This document shows, piece by piece, positions 27,101 to 37,809 of a stretch of DNA of 64,000 nucleotides. The translations under genes were made by a program, and so were the position numbers. The DNA is from Amoebophrya sp. A120 (Eukaryota; Protista; Dinoflagellata). Numbering within the stretch: the stretch's first letter is position 1; each line of letters opens with the position of its first letter. The stretch spans positions 7,272,548 to 7,336,547 of the forward strand of contig CAJINV010000004.1 of NCBI GenBank assembly GCA_905178155.1, written 5' to 3'. Under the pieces are notes generated by a model that saw nothing but the letters and a program-made list of their open reading frames with translations, did no database searches and was not told where the DNA came from.

Positions 27101-28421
27101 CCCGCTTCAGGCCCACCCGGATGGGCCACCCGTTGTCAAAATGCGACTGCTATAAAATGCAAAAGTATCCTATCCTATCGTACTCGTATAAATGCATTAC
27201 AAATTAGTCCAGCATTACAAATTAAATTTGTAACGCTGAATTGCCTTGACAAAAAAATTTGTATATGCATATTAAACGCAATTATTACGAGTAAGTACGA
27301 TAATTTTGCACAGGATAACTGCTGAATTCTCCCCAACGCGACCGCCTTCATGAACTGCTCGGAAAACCTATCCTATGGAAAAACGTCCCCGCCTCCCCAT
27401 AGTCAAGATGGGGAATCGGCTAGACAAATCCACAAGCTTTGGCTCTATCGCATGACAAATTTCAACTCGTGGCGCAGTGCTGTTTGAGCTAGTTCAGCAG
27501 CATCAGAGATCTAGTATGTCATGCTGATTGGAGCATGACAAATTTCAAATCACGAGGACCAGAAAATACTTCTCATGGGGATCCGCGTGAGAAACGTTTT
27601 CAGCATGCACATTTGCATTTTATACAATCTATTATGTGGTGGGGCTGGGGACGACGCTTTTCAATACGATAAAACACTCGGTAGCTGTCCTCGAACTTTC
27701 CGTCCATGCGGTAGAACAACATCTCCATCTTCAACAACAGTGCCTGTATCGCCGCCGGCGCGCAAACGCCGGCGACGTGGTGAAAGCTGTTCATGATGTA
27801 GGTCTGGGCTTGCAGCAGCGTCCAGTGCGTCTCGTTCCGGTTGTAATAATTGGCAGTTTCGAATTTGAACTGCTGGTACATGGTGGAGGCGCACGCGAGG
27901 TCTCGTTCCTCCTGCATTTTCTTCTCGTGGGCTTCGATCGCGTAGTGCTTTTGGAGTAGCTGCCGGTCCTCCGGGTCGAGGTGCTTTATGCCCCCTCTGG
28001 TCACGTTCAGCTTCTTCAGTCTGGCGACTTTTTCCAGTTCCTGATTCGTCACGGGCAGCTCCGTGTCGTCGAAGGTGTTGCAACACCTTTGGTGGGTGAA
28101 AAGCCCATCCCAACACGCGCGGTTGCCGTAGGGCCCGTGGTCGCGACAACACGTGTTGTAGGAAAGTTTCGGGTCGTATCCGGGAAAAAACTGCCATCTC
28201 CATCCAATTCCAATTTGTCATGCAGGACATGCAAAAACAAAAACTGCAGTGCTTGTCATGCAAAAAATGGATGGATATGGGTTTTTTCTCCTGGATAGGT
28301 CGTTGGCCCAGCAGTTCGGATCGTTGGCCGAAACGAGGTGCGGGAGGTGGAGGTGGAGCAGGACCAAGTAGGCAACGACAGGCAGAAAACGAAAGTAGAG
28401 ACCAGCAGAAGAGAACCTCAT
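24154..28421 (-). CDS. Secreted DUF3431-like (glycosyltransferase-like) protein; 8 introners
   Basis: Signal-like MRFSSAGLYFRFLPVVAYLVLLHL. Motifs VDVVICYCQEDLDWL, AYLGYILLYYHKLPRHTIFLHAD and CCVQFIVHRDRIQNRPLEFY are typical of DUF3431. Confidence 0.65.
24326..24633. mobile_element. Introner family H
   Basis: TIR TATGG..TGTCAGGATYGAAATC..CAAAGTTGAAA; flanks TGGGG/TGGGG. Confidence 0.9.
24690..24961. mobile_element. Introner family B
   Basis: Family B TIR; flanks GCCAC/GCCAC. Confidence 0.9.
25722..25875. mobile_element. Introner family A
   Basis: Family A TIR; flanks TTGTG/CTGTG. Confidence 0.85.
26050..26284. mobile_element. Introner family E
   Basis: TIR TATGGCGTTCTCAA; flanks CACTG/CACTG. 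Confidence 0.9.
26337..26642. mobile_element. Introner family G
   Basis: TIR TATGAAAGCCTCAGAATGGAAATYCTCAAAGTGGAAAT; flanks AACTC/AATTC. Confidence 0.9.
27151..27317. mobile_element. Introner family A
   Basis: Family A TIR; flanks ACTGC/ACTGC. Confidence 0.85.
27369..27671. mobile_element. Introner family F
   Basis: Family F TIR and interior (GTCAAGATGG); flanks AAACC/AAACA. Confidence 0.8.
28177..28297. mobile_element. Introner family C
   Basis: Family C TIR; flanks GGTCG/GGTCG. Confidence 0.9.
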
Positions 28422-29189
28422 GTGCTGATCATGCAACGAGGAGAGTAGGCTTGGGCGAGGATAGTCGTCGCGGAGATCCTCCACTTCCTGCTTTAGCCGC
28501 GCCCGCTTCGCAGAAAAACGGCGTGCGAACGCGGCCGGCATCTGTGCCATGGCTGGACGGGAGCGGTACACCGACGCAAAGCGAAACACAGCTGCACGCC
28601 CCCACACGACTTCTGTTCCTAGAAGAAACAAACGCAACCTTCATTGTGGAACATCGGCTCGAAGACAGATATTAGAAAACGAGATGACCGATGCTGCCAC
28701 AACACCAAGAACAACAACATGCTTTCTTATCTAATTGCAAATATTAATATCCCTGCTCAGTCTGGGTGGCACCTGCTTCATGGATGGCCAGGTTCAGGAT
28801 GCACGAAAATGAAGGATCAGGGCGAAGCCCCTACGACTTTTTGTTAAGCCACACAGACGCAAAACCCAGAAATTCATGAGCGCCAAATCTTCTCATACAT
28901 TTTTTCTTCATGCTTTGAAAGTATTAAGCCGCCGTTGAATATAGATACACGTTTTAGTACACTCGGCAGGAACTACTTACTGGGAACAAGCAAGACCACG
29001 CACCGCCCCATCCGATTGCCCGTCTGCGGCCCTCGTGGTCGCCAACGCTATCACAAACACTGTCTGCAATATTTTTTCCAACGACCGACAGTCGAAGTTT
29101 CGTTTTCATTGACCGGGGGCCACACTCACAACGTGCGAGCCCAACGTAAATAGATGCCAAATTATGGCGGCGGCAACAATCAAGCCATG

Positions 29190-30590
29190 CATCGACGGAA
29201 GCTTGCTGCAGGCTGGCGAAGCCGACACCCGGCTCGCTTGCTGCGGTGCGCCGGGAAGCACACGGCGAGCGGAGACGCTAGCAACGCACTGCATGCAGGC
29301 CGAGAAATTCGGCACCGCCCCCCCCCTATGTCGCTCGCCGGCTGCAAACCTATCGCGGCCCCGCCAATGACGCGCCCGGCTTCCGCGCCATCTGCAAGCG
29401 CCATGCGGTCGCTCGGTCGCCACGCGGGCGGAGGGGCGGCGCGGGGGCGCAACCTCCCTGGTGACAGGCGCAAGCCGCGGGCGGGCGAATCAAAAGGCCC
29501 GGCGACCGCGGCGGGCCGCCCGCACGAAGGCCAATCGCTCGCCCGGCGCCAACAAAGAGGCCGGCGGGCGCCAGATAGGGCCGGCGACGAAATCGGGCCC
29601 CCGCCGGGCCGGGGTGACCCCAGAGAATTAGCAACAAGAGGGGGCGGCGGCCCTGCTAGCGCTTCGCGCCATAAGCGGGCAACGCGCGCGCCACCGGGCC
29701 GGTAGTCTCTTTTCGCGTTCACGGATTCGCCCCCTTGATTTCCTTCCCTTCACCACCGGGGCCCTGCGCCCCCGCCCGCGCGATGGATGGACAGGCGGGC
29801 CCCGCAGGCGCGCCATTGAATGCAGTTCGTTGCTGCCACGCTCGCACCCAGGGGCCGGGCGACGGCCCCCCTGCTTTCTAGTAGCCACAAACCGTCGGAG
29901 CCTCGACCCCCAAGCAGATTTTTGCTTGGGGCTTGCGACTTCCCACAACTGCGCGCGCCAGCTTATGTGCTCCGAGCTCCAGCCCCGCGGCCGGCCGGCC
30001 GCTGCCCAAGTACGTCGACACCGCAGGCGGCCGGCAGCCAAGGGAGACTGGCACGCGCGCCGGGCGGTCCATCCATCGAAACCAGGGGGCCGCCGTTCCC
30101 TCCCTGCTTTCCTTCGCGCCGAGTGACGGGCGGCCGCCCCAACCAAAGCGCCCAGCCGCTCCAAAGAAAAACGAGCGCGCAGGAGGTGCGCGAAGTTCTA
30201 GGGCCGGCCCGGGCAGGCGCGGCCCGAAGCCTGCGCGCTGGAGTTCGAACCACAGGGCGGCCCACCGTTTTCGGCTTCCAGAATTCCACTGCTGCAGGGA
30301 TTCAGGCCCATGCTTCTATTTGAAAAGCCCCGCCCCAGCTTGGCGGGGCATCGAGCGGCGGGCCCTTCCTGCTCGTCGATTCCGCTGCAGGTGCGCTGGG
30401 GTGCTGACTGCGCAGCGGCGCGCCCTTCCCCTTGCCAATGAGCAGCGCGCCCCCTTCGGCGTTCTCGTCGGCGCTGCCACGCGCCTCGTCGTCGCATAGG
30501 ACGCCGCCCGGCGGCTCCGGCAGCATTCCAGCGCCCGCCATCGCTTGCATTCCACCGGCTAGCAGCTAGCTGGCGCCGGTCTTCGACATC
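29190..30590. other. GC-rich intergenic island of unknown nature
   Basis: Abrupt shift to very GC-rich sequence between the dynamin 3' end and the DUF3431 5' end. No recognisable protein. Confidence 0.6.
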
Positions 30591-30943
30591 AAACCAGGAT
30601 CAATGTCGCCGATTCAAGGCATAATAAGTAGCAAGATCTTGTCGTTTTTTCTGCTCTGGTGGAACTTCAAAGAACAGGTTTGATCGGCACTGTGATTCCC
30701 ATTGTAACGCAACCGGAATCGTTCCCGGCAGCTGATACATTAGCTCGCAATTTACTCAGCTTCAATTTGTTATTCTTCTTGCACTTGCACAACGCAGACC
30801 TTACCATCAATAGGTAAAATGACGTCGGGAAAAAGTCCATGAGAAAGTAGTGCAAACAAGCTTTCGTCTACTCGATCCAACGCGTTGCGAGGACAACAAA
30901 AGCTACTGAGAAGACAAGGCTCCTCGTCCTCGTCTCAGAACGC

Positions 30944-33900
30944 TCACACACAGCACCTCCTGAAGGTTTTAATCTTCAAGATGCACTCCCGGAGCGTGAC
31001 CAAGGTGTTGTCTAGGTTCTTCATCTCCCGCTCTAACTCGTCTTTTCGCAGCGCCGCCTGCGTCCTGGACTCTTCGTCCAACACAATTTCGTGCATGTCG
31101 GCCTCGAGCCGCCGCAGCATCGGCAGCTGGTAGAACGAAACCGCGAACAGTTCGAGCTCATCTGCCATGAAGGAACGGACAAAGGCAAAAGTCGTCACGA
31201 GGATGGAAGTCACCTTCTCAACCACTTCCGAACCGGCCAGTTGGTTGTCCTGTAGAAGGAGAATACGGTAGTTTTGATCGTGGAACATTTCTCGTTGTTG
31301 CAATTCGAATTTTGTTTGTAATAGCAATAGGGAACAATGGCTATAGCATAGCATGCCTATCGAGAAAAAACAAAAAGTTCATTCCGATGATCCTGTTCCT
31401 GACGCTGACCAAGTTGAAAGCGATAATACAACCTCAAAAGCCAAAGTACAAGAAGTACTAAGAATTCTATACCGGTATGCTCGCTACCAAGTGCTTCAAG
31501 TACATGTCCAGCTTTCCTCGGTCCGAGAATTCTCTTCGTATCCTGTGAATCGTATCCGCCTTCGTAGGAATCATCATATCCCCCAGGTCGTCTTCCTTGC
31601 TTATCCCGGGCATCGAGGAGCCTTTTAGCATCACTGACGGCTTTTGCAGCATACCTGAGAAAATGTTTGACAAATTATAACGTGAAATTCCGCATGACAG
31701 AAGCTGCGAGGAAGTGTCGTGCGAATGCAAAACATCATCAATGAAGCGATTGAAGTTGTACTTCAACTTTCTGAAATGAAGTTCAATACTGTCGATCGTC
31801 CTGGTAACGAGCGAATGGAACATGGTAGAATGTCGTTCCACCGCGGCATCGTACCGATCGAAAATCAATTTCTTCACGGTCGGATTGCCGTCGATCAGTT
31901 GCGCCTTTTCGAACAGCAATTTGCTGTACAAGTGCCCGTCGCAGCTGTTCTTTACCCCGAGCATGAACTCCAACACCGCCTCCTTTTGCAGGCCGAAAAA
32001 CCACTTCAACCGCTCCGCCACGTAGTTCGTGGCCCTCTTCGTCCGCATCGGGCCGTGCATCCGCATCAGCTTCACGATGGAATCGATCCACGCGATTTCG
32101 GTTGTCCCGACACCCCGGGATTGGATGATTTCCCGCTCGGTTATCGGAGCGTCAGGTTTGAAATTGACAAAGTTGAAATGGTTTGCCATGCATAAAATGC
32201 AAGGCATGAAATTCCTGTCTTGCCGGGATGGCAAGTGAGGCCGAGTGTCAGCCCGTTTCGGGTTTGAAATAGAGCTGCTAAAGTAGCATCACAAAAGCAG
32301 TCGTCTGTGCCCAAACAGCATGACAAATTGGATTCCGGTGCTCGGGAAATTTGTCAGGCACCGCTTGACAATTGGGCTTCCAACACAACTGGTATCGATT
32401 TTATGCATCACAAACTATTTCATTTTCAACTTTGACGATTTCAATCCTGAGTGACGCTTCCATATCGGTCACGTTGTGCTGAATGTCTAAAAAGCGGAAA
32501 TAGACCTCAATCTCGTACAGCAAGCGCATGAACTGCGCACCCCCGTTGATTTCCGCCGCGAATCCGGGGCAGCGGCCTGTGGATCCAAGGTAGTCGATGT
32601 ACTCGTTTAAATCTGCGAAGTCGTCGGACGGGATGCAATCGTATTCGCTTGGGACGTTCCCCTGCAGTTTGGACCACTTTTCAAACTGGATGAGCTCCTC
32701 TGCCAACGTCATCCTTCCCACGTGGGAATGCAGGGATCCGTGCATGATGTCGCACAGGGCCCGCGCGTAGGTCGCGCCCGTGCCGCGGATGATTTTTAAA
32801 AAATCATCTGAATTGGAGGTTTGCAACTCCCGGGCCAAAACCGCCCGCGCCTCATCGACCTCCTGCTCGCGCTGCTCAAGGAGGTCGAGTATGCCGGTGA
32901 TTTCGCTAGAAAACCGCTTCTCGATGATGTTCTCGAGGGAATGGGCCATATTCTCGAATCCACAGTAGCGGTGAAGCTCGGGCTTGAGGCCAAGTTCCTC
33001 GATACAGGTGGAGAGATCTGATGATGTTGTTGGTTTACTGTGAAGAAGACATCAGCAGCAGTTGTAAGAACCATCTTCACAATTTATTACTACGTACTCA
33101 ACATGGACCACGATCGCAACTGTCATGAAGAAAAGTGGATACGTATCAAAAAAATAGACTCGTCCTTTAGCAGTAGTAAAGCGCGGCAATAGCAAATAAA
33201 TTTAAGTACCTCTTTCGCACGACTGTGTCCTCAGTTTCAAAAAATCCGGTCGTTTCGAGGGCGATCCATCCTCCGGCCAAAATGGCAGCGACAGCGCGAA
33301 CTTCGGCATGGCTTTCGGGAGATCCCCGAACCCCTCAAACCACGTCGAGACGTTCAAGGGCGAGAGATCCGGATAAAACTTGTCCAATTTCGTCCTGATC
33401 AGAATCGTCCGTTCGAAGTGCGGATCCACTTTTTTGCACCTGCCCAACGTCTTCAAGTTCGCTGCATCCCCCGCGGGCTCGACGCAGAGCATGATGGACC
33501 TTTGGTCGGTCATGAAACCGGTCACGAGTCTGTCAATTTTGTCCGCCAAAACCTGTTTCTCCGCGTTGTCGGAGAATTCCCGGAACCCCGGGAGGTCCAC
33601 CACCTGCATTTCTACGCAGTCGGGGGATTCCAACCGGACGTACACCGGGTCGGACGACACATCGTTGCCCAACTCCTCGTGCGCAGCCGCGATGCGCGAC
33701 TGCATTTCCGGTAATTGCAGTCGTATCCACCCGGTGGAGGGTCCGGTGGAGTTTCTCCCGCTCGCCGCAGCCTCCACGGACGCCCGTTGCGACCGCGCGG
33801 ACCTGGAGAAGTACCACCGCGGGCCTTCCTTTTCCAGCGTTTTGTCACAGCGAAAGTCCACGACGGTGGGCCGGCGAGAGCCGAGGGTGCCACAGACGAA

Positions 33901-34623
33901 GTTGAAGCTCGCGCCGGCGAGGGCTTCGATGAGCCGGGATTTCCCGGCGGACTGGCCCCCGCAGATGACAAATTGGGTGATATCCTGAGCAAAAACATCC
34001 CTGTCATGCAGATTTGCAAGAACAGCAGGAGCATTTGTAGTGCGCATCCGCATGAGAGGCATTTTCAATCCTGTTTTGGAACTTGTAATGCTGTAAACAG
34101 GATAAGAAATTGAATTTGCTATGTGACTCTCCTTGCTAGACCGCGCTACACTCCAGCCTGCAACTTGTCATGCGTGACTCCCAAAACTTTCAAGTTTGTG
34201 TTGCAAAATCACCATCTTGACTCTGGGGCGGGGCCGTTTTTGCTCAGGATAGGTGAGCGGCATCTGCTCCCCGGAAAAACCCTCGACTTGGCTTAGTTTC
34301 AGCTTGATGTCGGAGATGAGATTCAGCAGCCTCCGTCGGTTGTTGTCCTTCGCATCCTTTGCGCTAGAAGTTGTAGTTCCCGCAAGAACTCCACCTCCGG
34401 GCCCGCGGCTGCTGGAGGCTCTGGCGGTAGGGCCGGGTTGCACGCCGCTGTGGTTGAGATTTTTTGATGTACCAGCGGAAGTGGCGGTGCCGGTGGAGGG
34501 AGTGGTGGATGTTGCGGGAAAATCATCATCGTGCTTCTCCTTCCCGGGTGAGACCTCAACCTGCGCGTCGAGTGACTCGCGAGCGGGCGGAGCGAACTTT
34601 TTGGGAACTTGTTTGGAGGACAT
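30944..34623 (-). CDS. Dynamin-related GTPase, DRP5/ARC5/DrpC-like
   Basis: G1 GGQSAGKS followed by RLIEALAGASFNFVCGTLGSRRP, G3 DLPG, G4 TKLD, and middle-domain GGAQFMRLLYEIE. Removing introner 33981-34251 joins EQMPLT/QFVICGGQS. 3' end approximate. Confidence 0.8.
32142..32464. mobile_element. Introner family H
   Basis: Family H TIR; flanks TCGGT/TCGGT. Confidence 0.9.
33981..34251. mobile_element. Introner family F
   Basis: TIR TATCCTGAGCAAAAAC; flanks GGTGA/GGTGA. Confidence 0.9.
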
Positions 34624-35222
34624 GGTGGATGGGTATACTTAATAACGCAGTTAGGGTAAAAATGTCGCGCCCGTGGTAGCAAGAGTCGACTCAAGTACGA
34701 ACTAGAAATATTCTTGACCAAGCGCGACAAGGCACCTGCTTCTGCAGCTGTGCCGCGTGGCCGCGTTAGAAGTTTACTGTAATACTTCTTCGGGTATCAA
34801 TCTATGAATATGATAGGGTGGGAAGATAACAACGACGAGGACCTGATTTTTGAAAGCGAGAATTGTAACTTCGCTTCTGGTTCTGTTGCTGATTTCTGAT
34901 CTGCAATAAAGCAAAACGAAAGGACCAAGGAACGTAGTGCCGGGCCGACAGAAACAAACCTCAAAACCGAAGCAAGATGAATTTCCAATTCAGATGAAGG
35001 AGCAGAAACTCGCGGTCAGAACAGACGGGTTTTATTTCAGTTGTCCTCTTCTGCGTGGTGCTTTACCGAGATTTCCTGGGTGAGTCAGAGACAGAACAAT
35101 GTCAACACTTTATACAGCTCTCAGGATGTCATCAAAATTTTCAGTCGTTGTGTATTATCCAACCTACTTCTACTGAGTATTTGAAGAAACTTGAACTTCC
35201 ACAGCGAAAATCCATTCACCTA

Positions 35223-36572
35223 TCACTCCCCTCCAAAGAGGCCTTCCATGGCTGCTCCCACAACTGCATCTCCAGCAGCAAACCCAGCGCCGAGCCCCGC
35301 TCCTTCAACTAACGCGTTCATAAAGCCGCCGCCGGGGCTCGGCTGCGGTGCCGGGGCGGTCATCTGCGGCGGTGCCGGGGCGGTCATCTGCGGCGGTGCC
35401 GGGGCGGTCATCTGCGGCGGAGCCGGGGCAGTCATCTGCTGCGGTGCCGGGGCGGTCGTCTGCTGCGGAGCCGGGGCGGTCGTGTGCTGCGGTGCTGGGG
35501 CGGGTGGTTGTCCTCCGCTGCCAGAGACGACCTGCGGGGCCTCAGGAGCGCGCGGCTCCCGCCGCCTCCGTCTGTCATCCTCGCTCCGACGCCTCCGTCT
35601 CCCATCGTCTCTCCGCCGCCTCTTTTCATCGCGTCTCCGTTTCCGCCGTCTCCTCTCGTCTGTGGTTGATGTTTTCGTCCTGCTCAGGTGGGCGCGAGTT
35701 CCCCGGAGCGCGGTTTTAGTCCTCTGGGTCGCCTTTTCGTCAATCACGACCGAATGTGGAATGGCACAGCCCCCCCTTGTTTCCCCCATCTACTGCGTGG
35801 CACGACCGGCACGAAGACCAGAGGCAGCAGAACAAGCACCGGCACTGCTTCAGGTTCAGCTTACCGCGCATGACATAAACATTAACATCACAGTTTGCTG
35901 CTGCCGGACTAAATAATCTACGCATTGTAGAGTTCAGTTGCATTTGGGCTGTCAAAACCTTTCATCATGCAAGCAATGCCAAGAGGCAAACCAAGCAATG
36001 AATGGCGTGGGTGCGGCACTCGGTATAATTTTGCATGACTTCTAATGATGGGCAGAGGGGGAAGATGTGCATTGTCGTAAAAAAGAAAAACTGCCTTCCG
36101 TCTGATCGTCTTCCTCGTCCGCCCAGGAGTCTCCAACATCCTCCGCGTCCTCCTGCAGAGCACCCGTGTTGATGTGGTTCTTGTCCACCACTTCGTCCTC
36201 AGCAGTGGATGCGGCACTCCTCGCACCAGCTAGGTCCTGCTGGGTCGCGAGGAAGCTTGTGCCTTCTACTCCAGAATCCGGTTCTATTTCTTCCGAACTG
36301 GACGAGGAAGATTCTGATTCTGCATTTTTGTCACTGTTGTCCCCCTCATTTTCATCTGCAGTGTTGCCTTCGAGGAGCTCCTGCTGTGACAGTGGATGTG
36401 GATCTGGATCTCCTACTTCGGTATCTTTACTGTTGTCCTTTGTTACTAATTCGCCAGTCGCGCCAAGTCGTGGGAAGTTCTTGACGCCGTCAAAGGTTAA
36501 GAGGAGATCCTGGCGAAGCTGCCCGACCGGGGCTAACCAGAGGAACCCGCGGTCGAAGAGGAGGTACCGCAT
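35223..36572 (-). CDS. Hypothetical protein with acidic region, poly-Arg blocks and APAPPQMT repeats
   Basis: ORFs 36042-36572 and 35223-35789, probably joined by an intron. Gly/Ala-rich C-terminus. Confidence 0.45.
35343..35503 (-). repeat. 24-bp coding tandem repeat, ~6.5 copies (APAPPQMT)
   Basis: Unit CGGTGCCGGGGCGGTCATCTGCGG repeated on the + strand with few substitutions. Confidence 0.9.
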
Positions 36573-37809
36573 TTTTACCCCCGCTGGAACCAGAACGGGT
36601 AAGCCGACGACGCGGCGGTCACTGCTGCTGGTGCTAAAGACACGAGCTTAGACGAGTGCTCGGTCCAAAGACGCCCTAGTCAGGGCACATCTTTTTTGTC
36701 TCTGGGCCTTAGCAATAAACGACGATAACTAGTGTCGGACTTCTATTCCTCCACTGACCTAGACTGGAGCTCGACATTTATCTGTATTGACGAGTTTGGC
36801 TAATTCACAGCTCAACACTGTGACTTTACGACCGAAGTAACTGCAACGTGATTTTTCCGCTCTTGTTCACTCATATCGTCTTTTCGCCACCTAGCGGGCA
36901 CGATGTACTTGGATGATCGACCACGACCATGTTTTGGCTCTCGTCTCCCTGTCGTGCAATAGTCTCTCGTCTGGCATCTCCAAAAACACAACAGGCTGGC
37001 GCGCTTGGTTTTTTTCCATGTGAAACAGCCTTCCGGCCTTTTTTGGCGGTTCGTGGCAAGAAAACTGCCAGGTCAGAAGTTTTCGGTGACCGGATTATAT
37101 ACGACGTAGGTTATTAAATAAGATGGCGCTATCAATAGCAGAAACTCCGCTTCTTTTGTAATTCACACGACCCAACGCAAAAAATGTTCTTTCTCTATTT
37201 TGTTCATTAGCTCAGCAATGCTGGAAGTTCAAGTTTCCTTAGGGGCGATCACGAGTATAGTGTTCCTTTTCCTTCACCTTCGTTCCACCGCAGTTTCCGC
37301 GAGTGTTGGTACCACGAAGGCTCGCGAGATGAGGCAAAGAAGACAAGACGCTCAGTCTTCAATTTTCGCATCAACCAGAGGGGATAGGCCCTAGTGGCGG
37401 TTGGAAGGCATTGATTGGTTTTTCATACTATGACCCTTTGAAGATGCCATGCGGTAGAACTAGAAAGCAAGATTTGCGTTGAAAAAAATCACTCTTTGAA
37501 AAAGTCGAATTTACGTACAACTACACATACGAAGACTTTGGTGACGTCCACGTCGGTACACGTACATTTATTCCCCGAAATTGAAATTTCAAATTCTCAC
37601 TACACTTTGGTAAGATTTAAGAAACACCAGGCTCATGACATTACCCTTGCAGCCAGCCCCGAGGTTGTACTAGCCGGTGGCCTTCAGAAGTAGCATTTTC
37701 ATTGTGATCGGTAGCCGAGGCTCAGACGCTGTCTCGTCTTGTTTAAATATTTTCATTTCATCAAATAAAGCGTGAACGACTTCTTGGACATAAAATCTTT
37801 TTTATTATC

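Noticed and set aside
29154-30555. Protein-coding ORFs or transposase in the GC island
   Set aside because: ORFs overlap in all frames as expected from high GC, and no DDE or other motif was recognised. No autonomous transposase was seen anywhere in the window.
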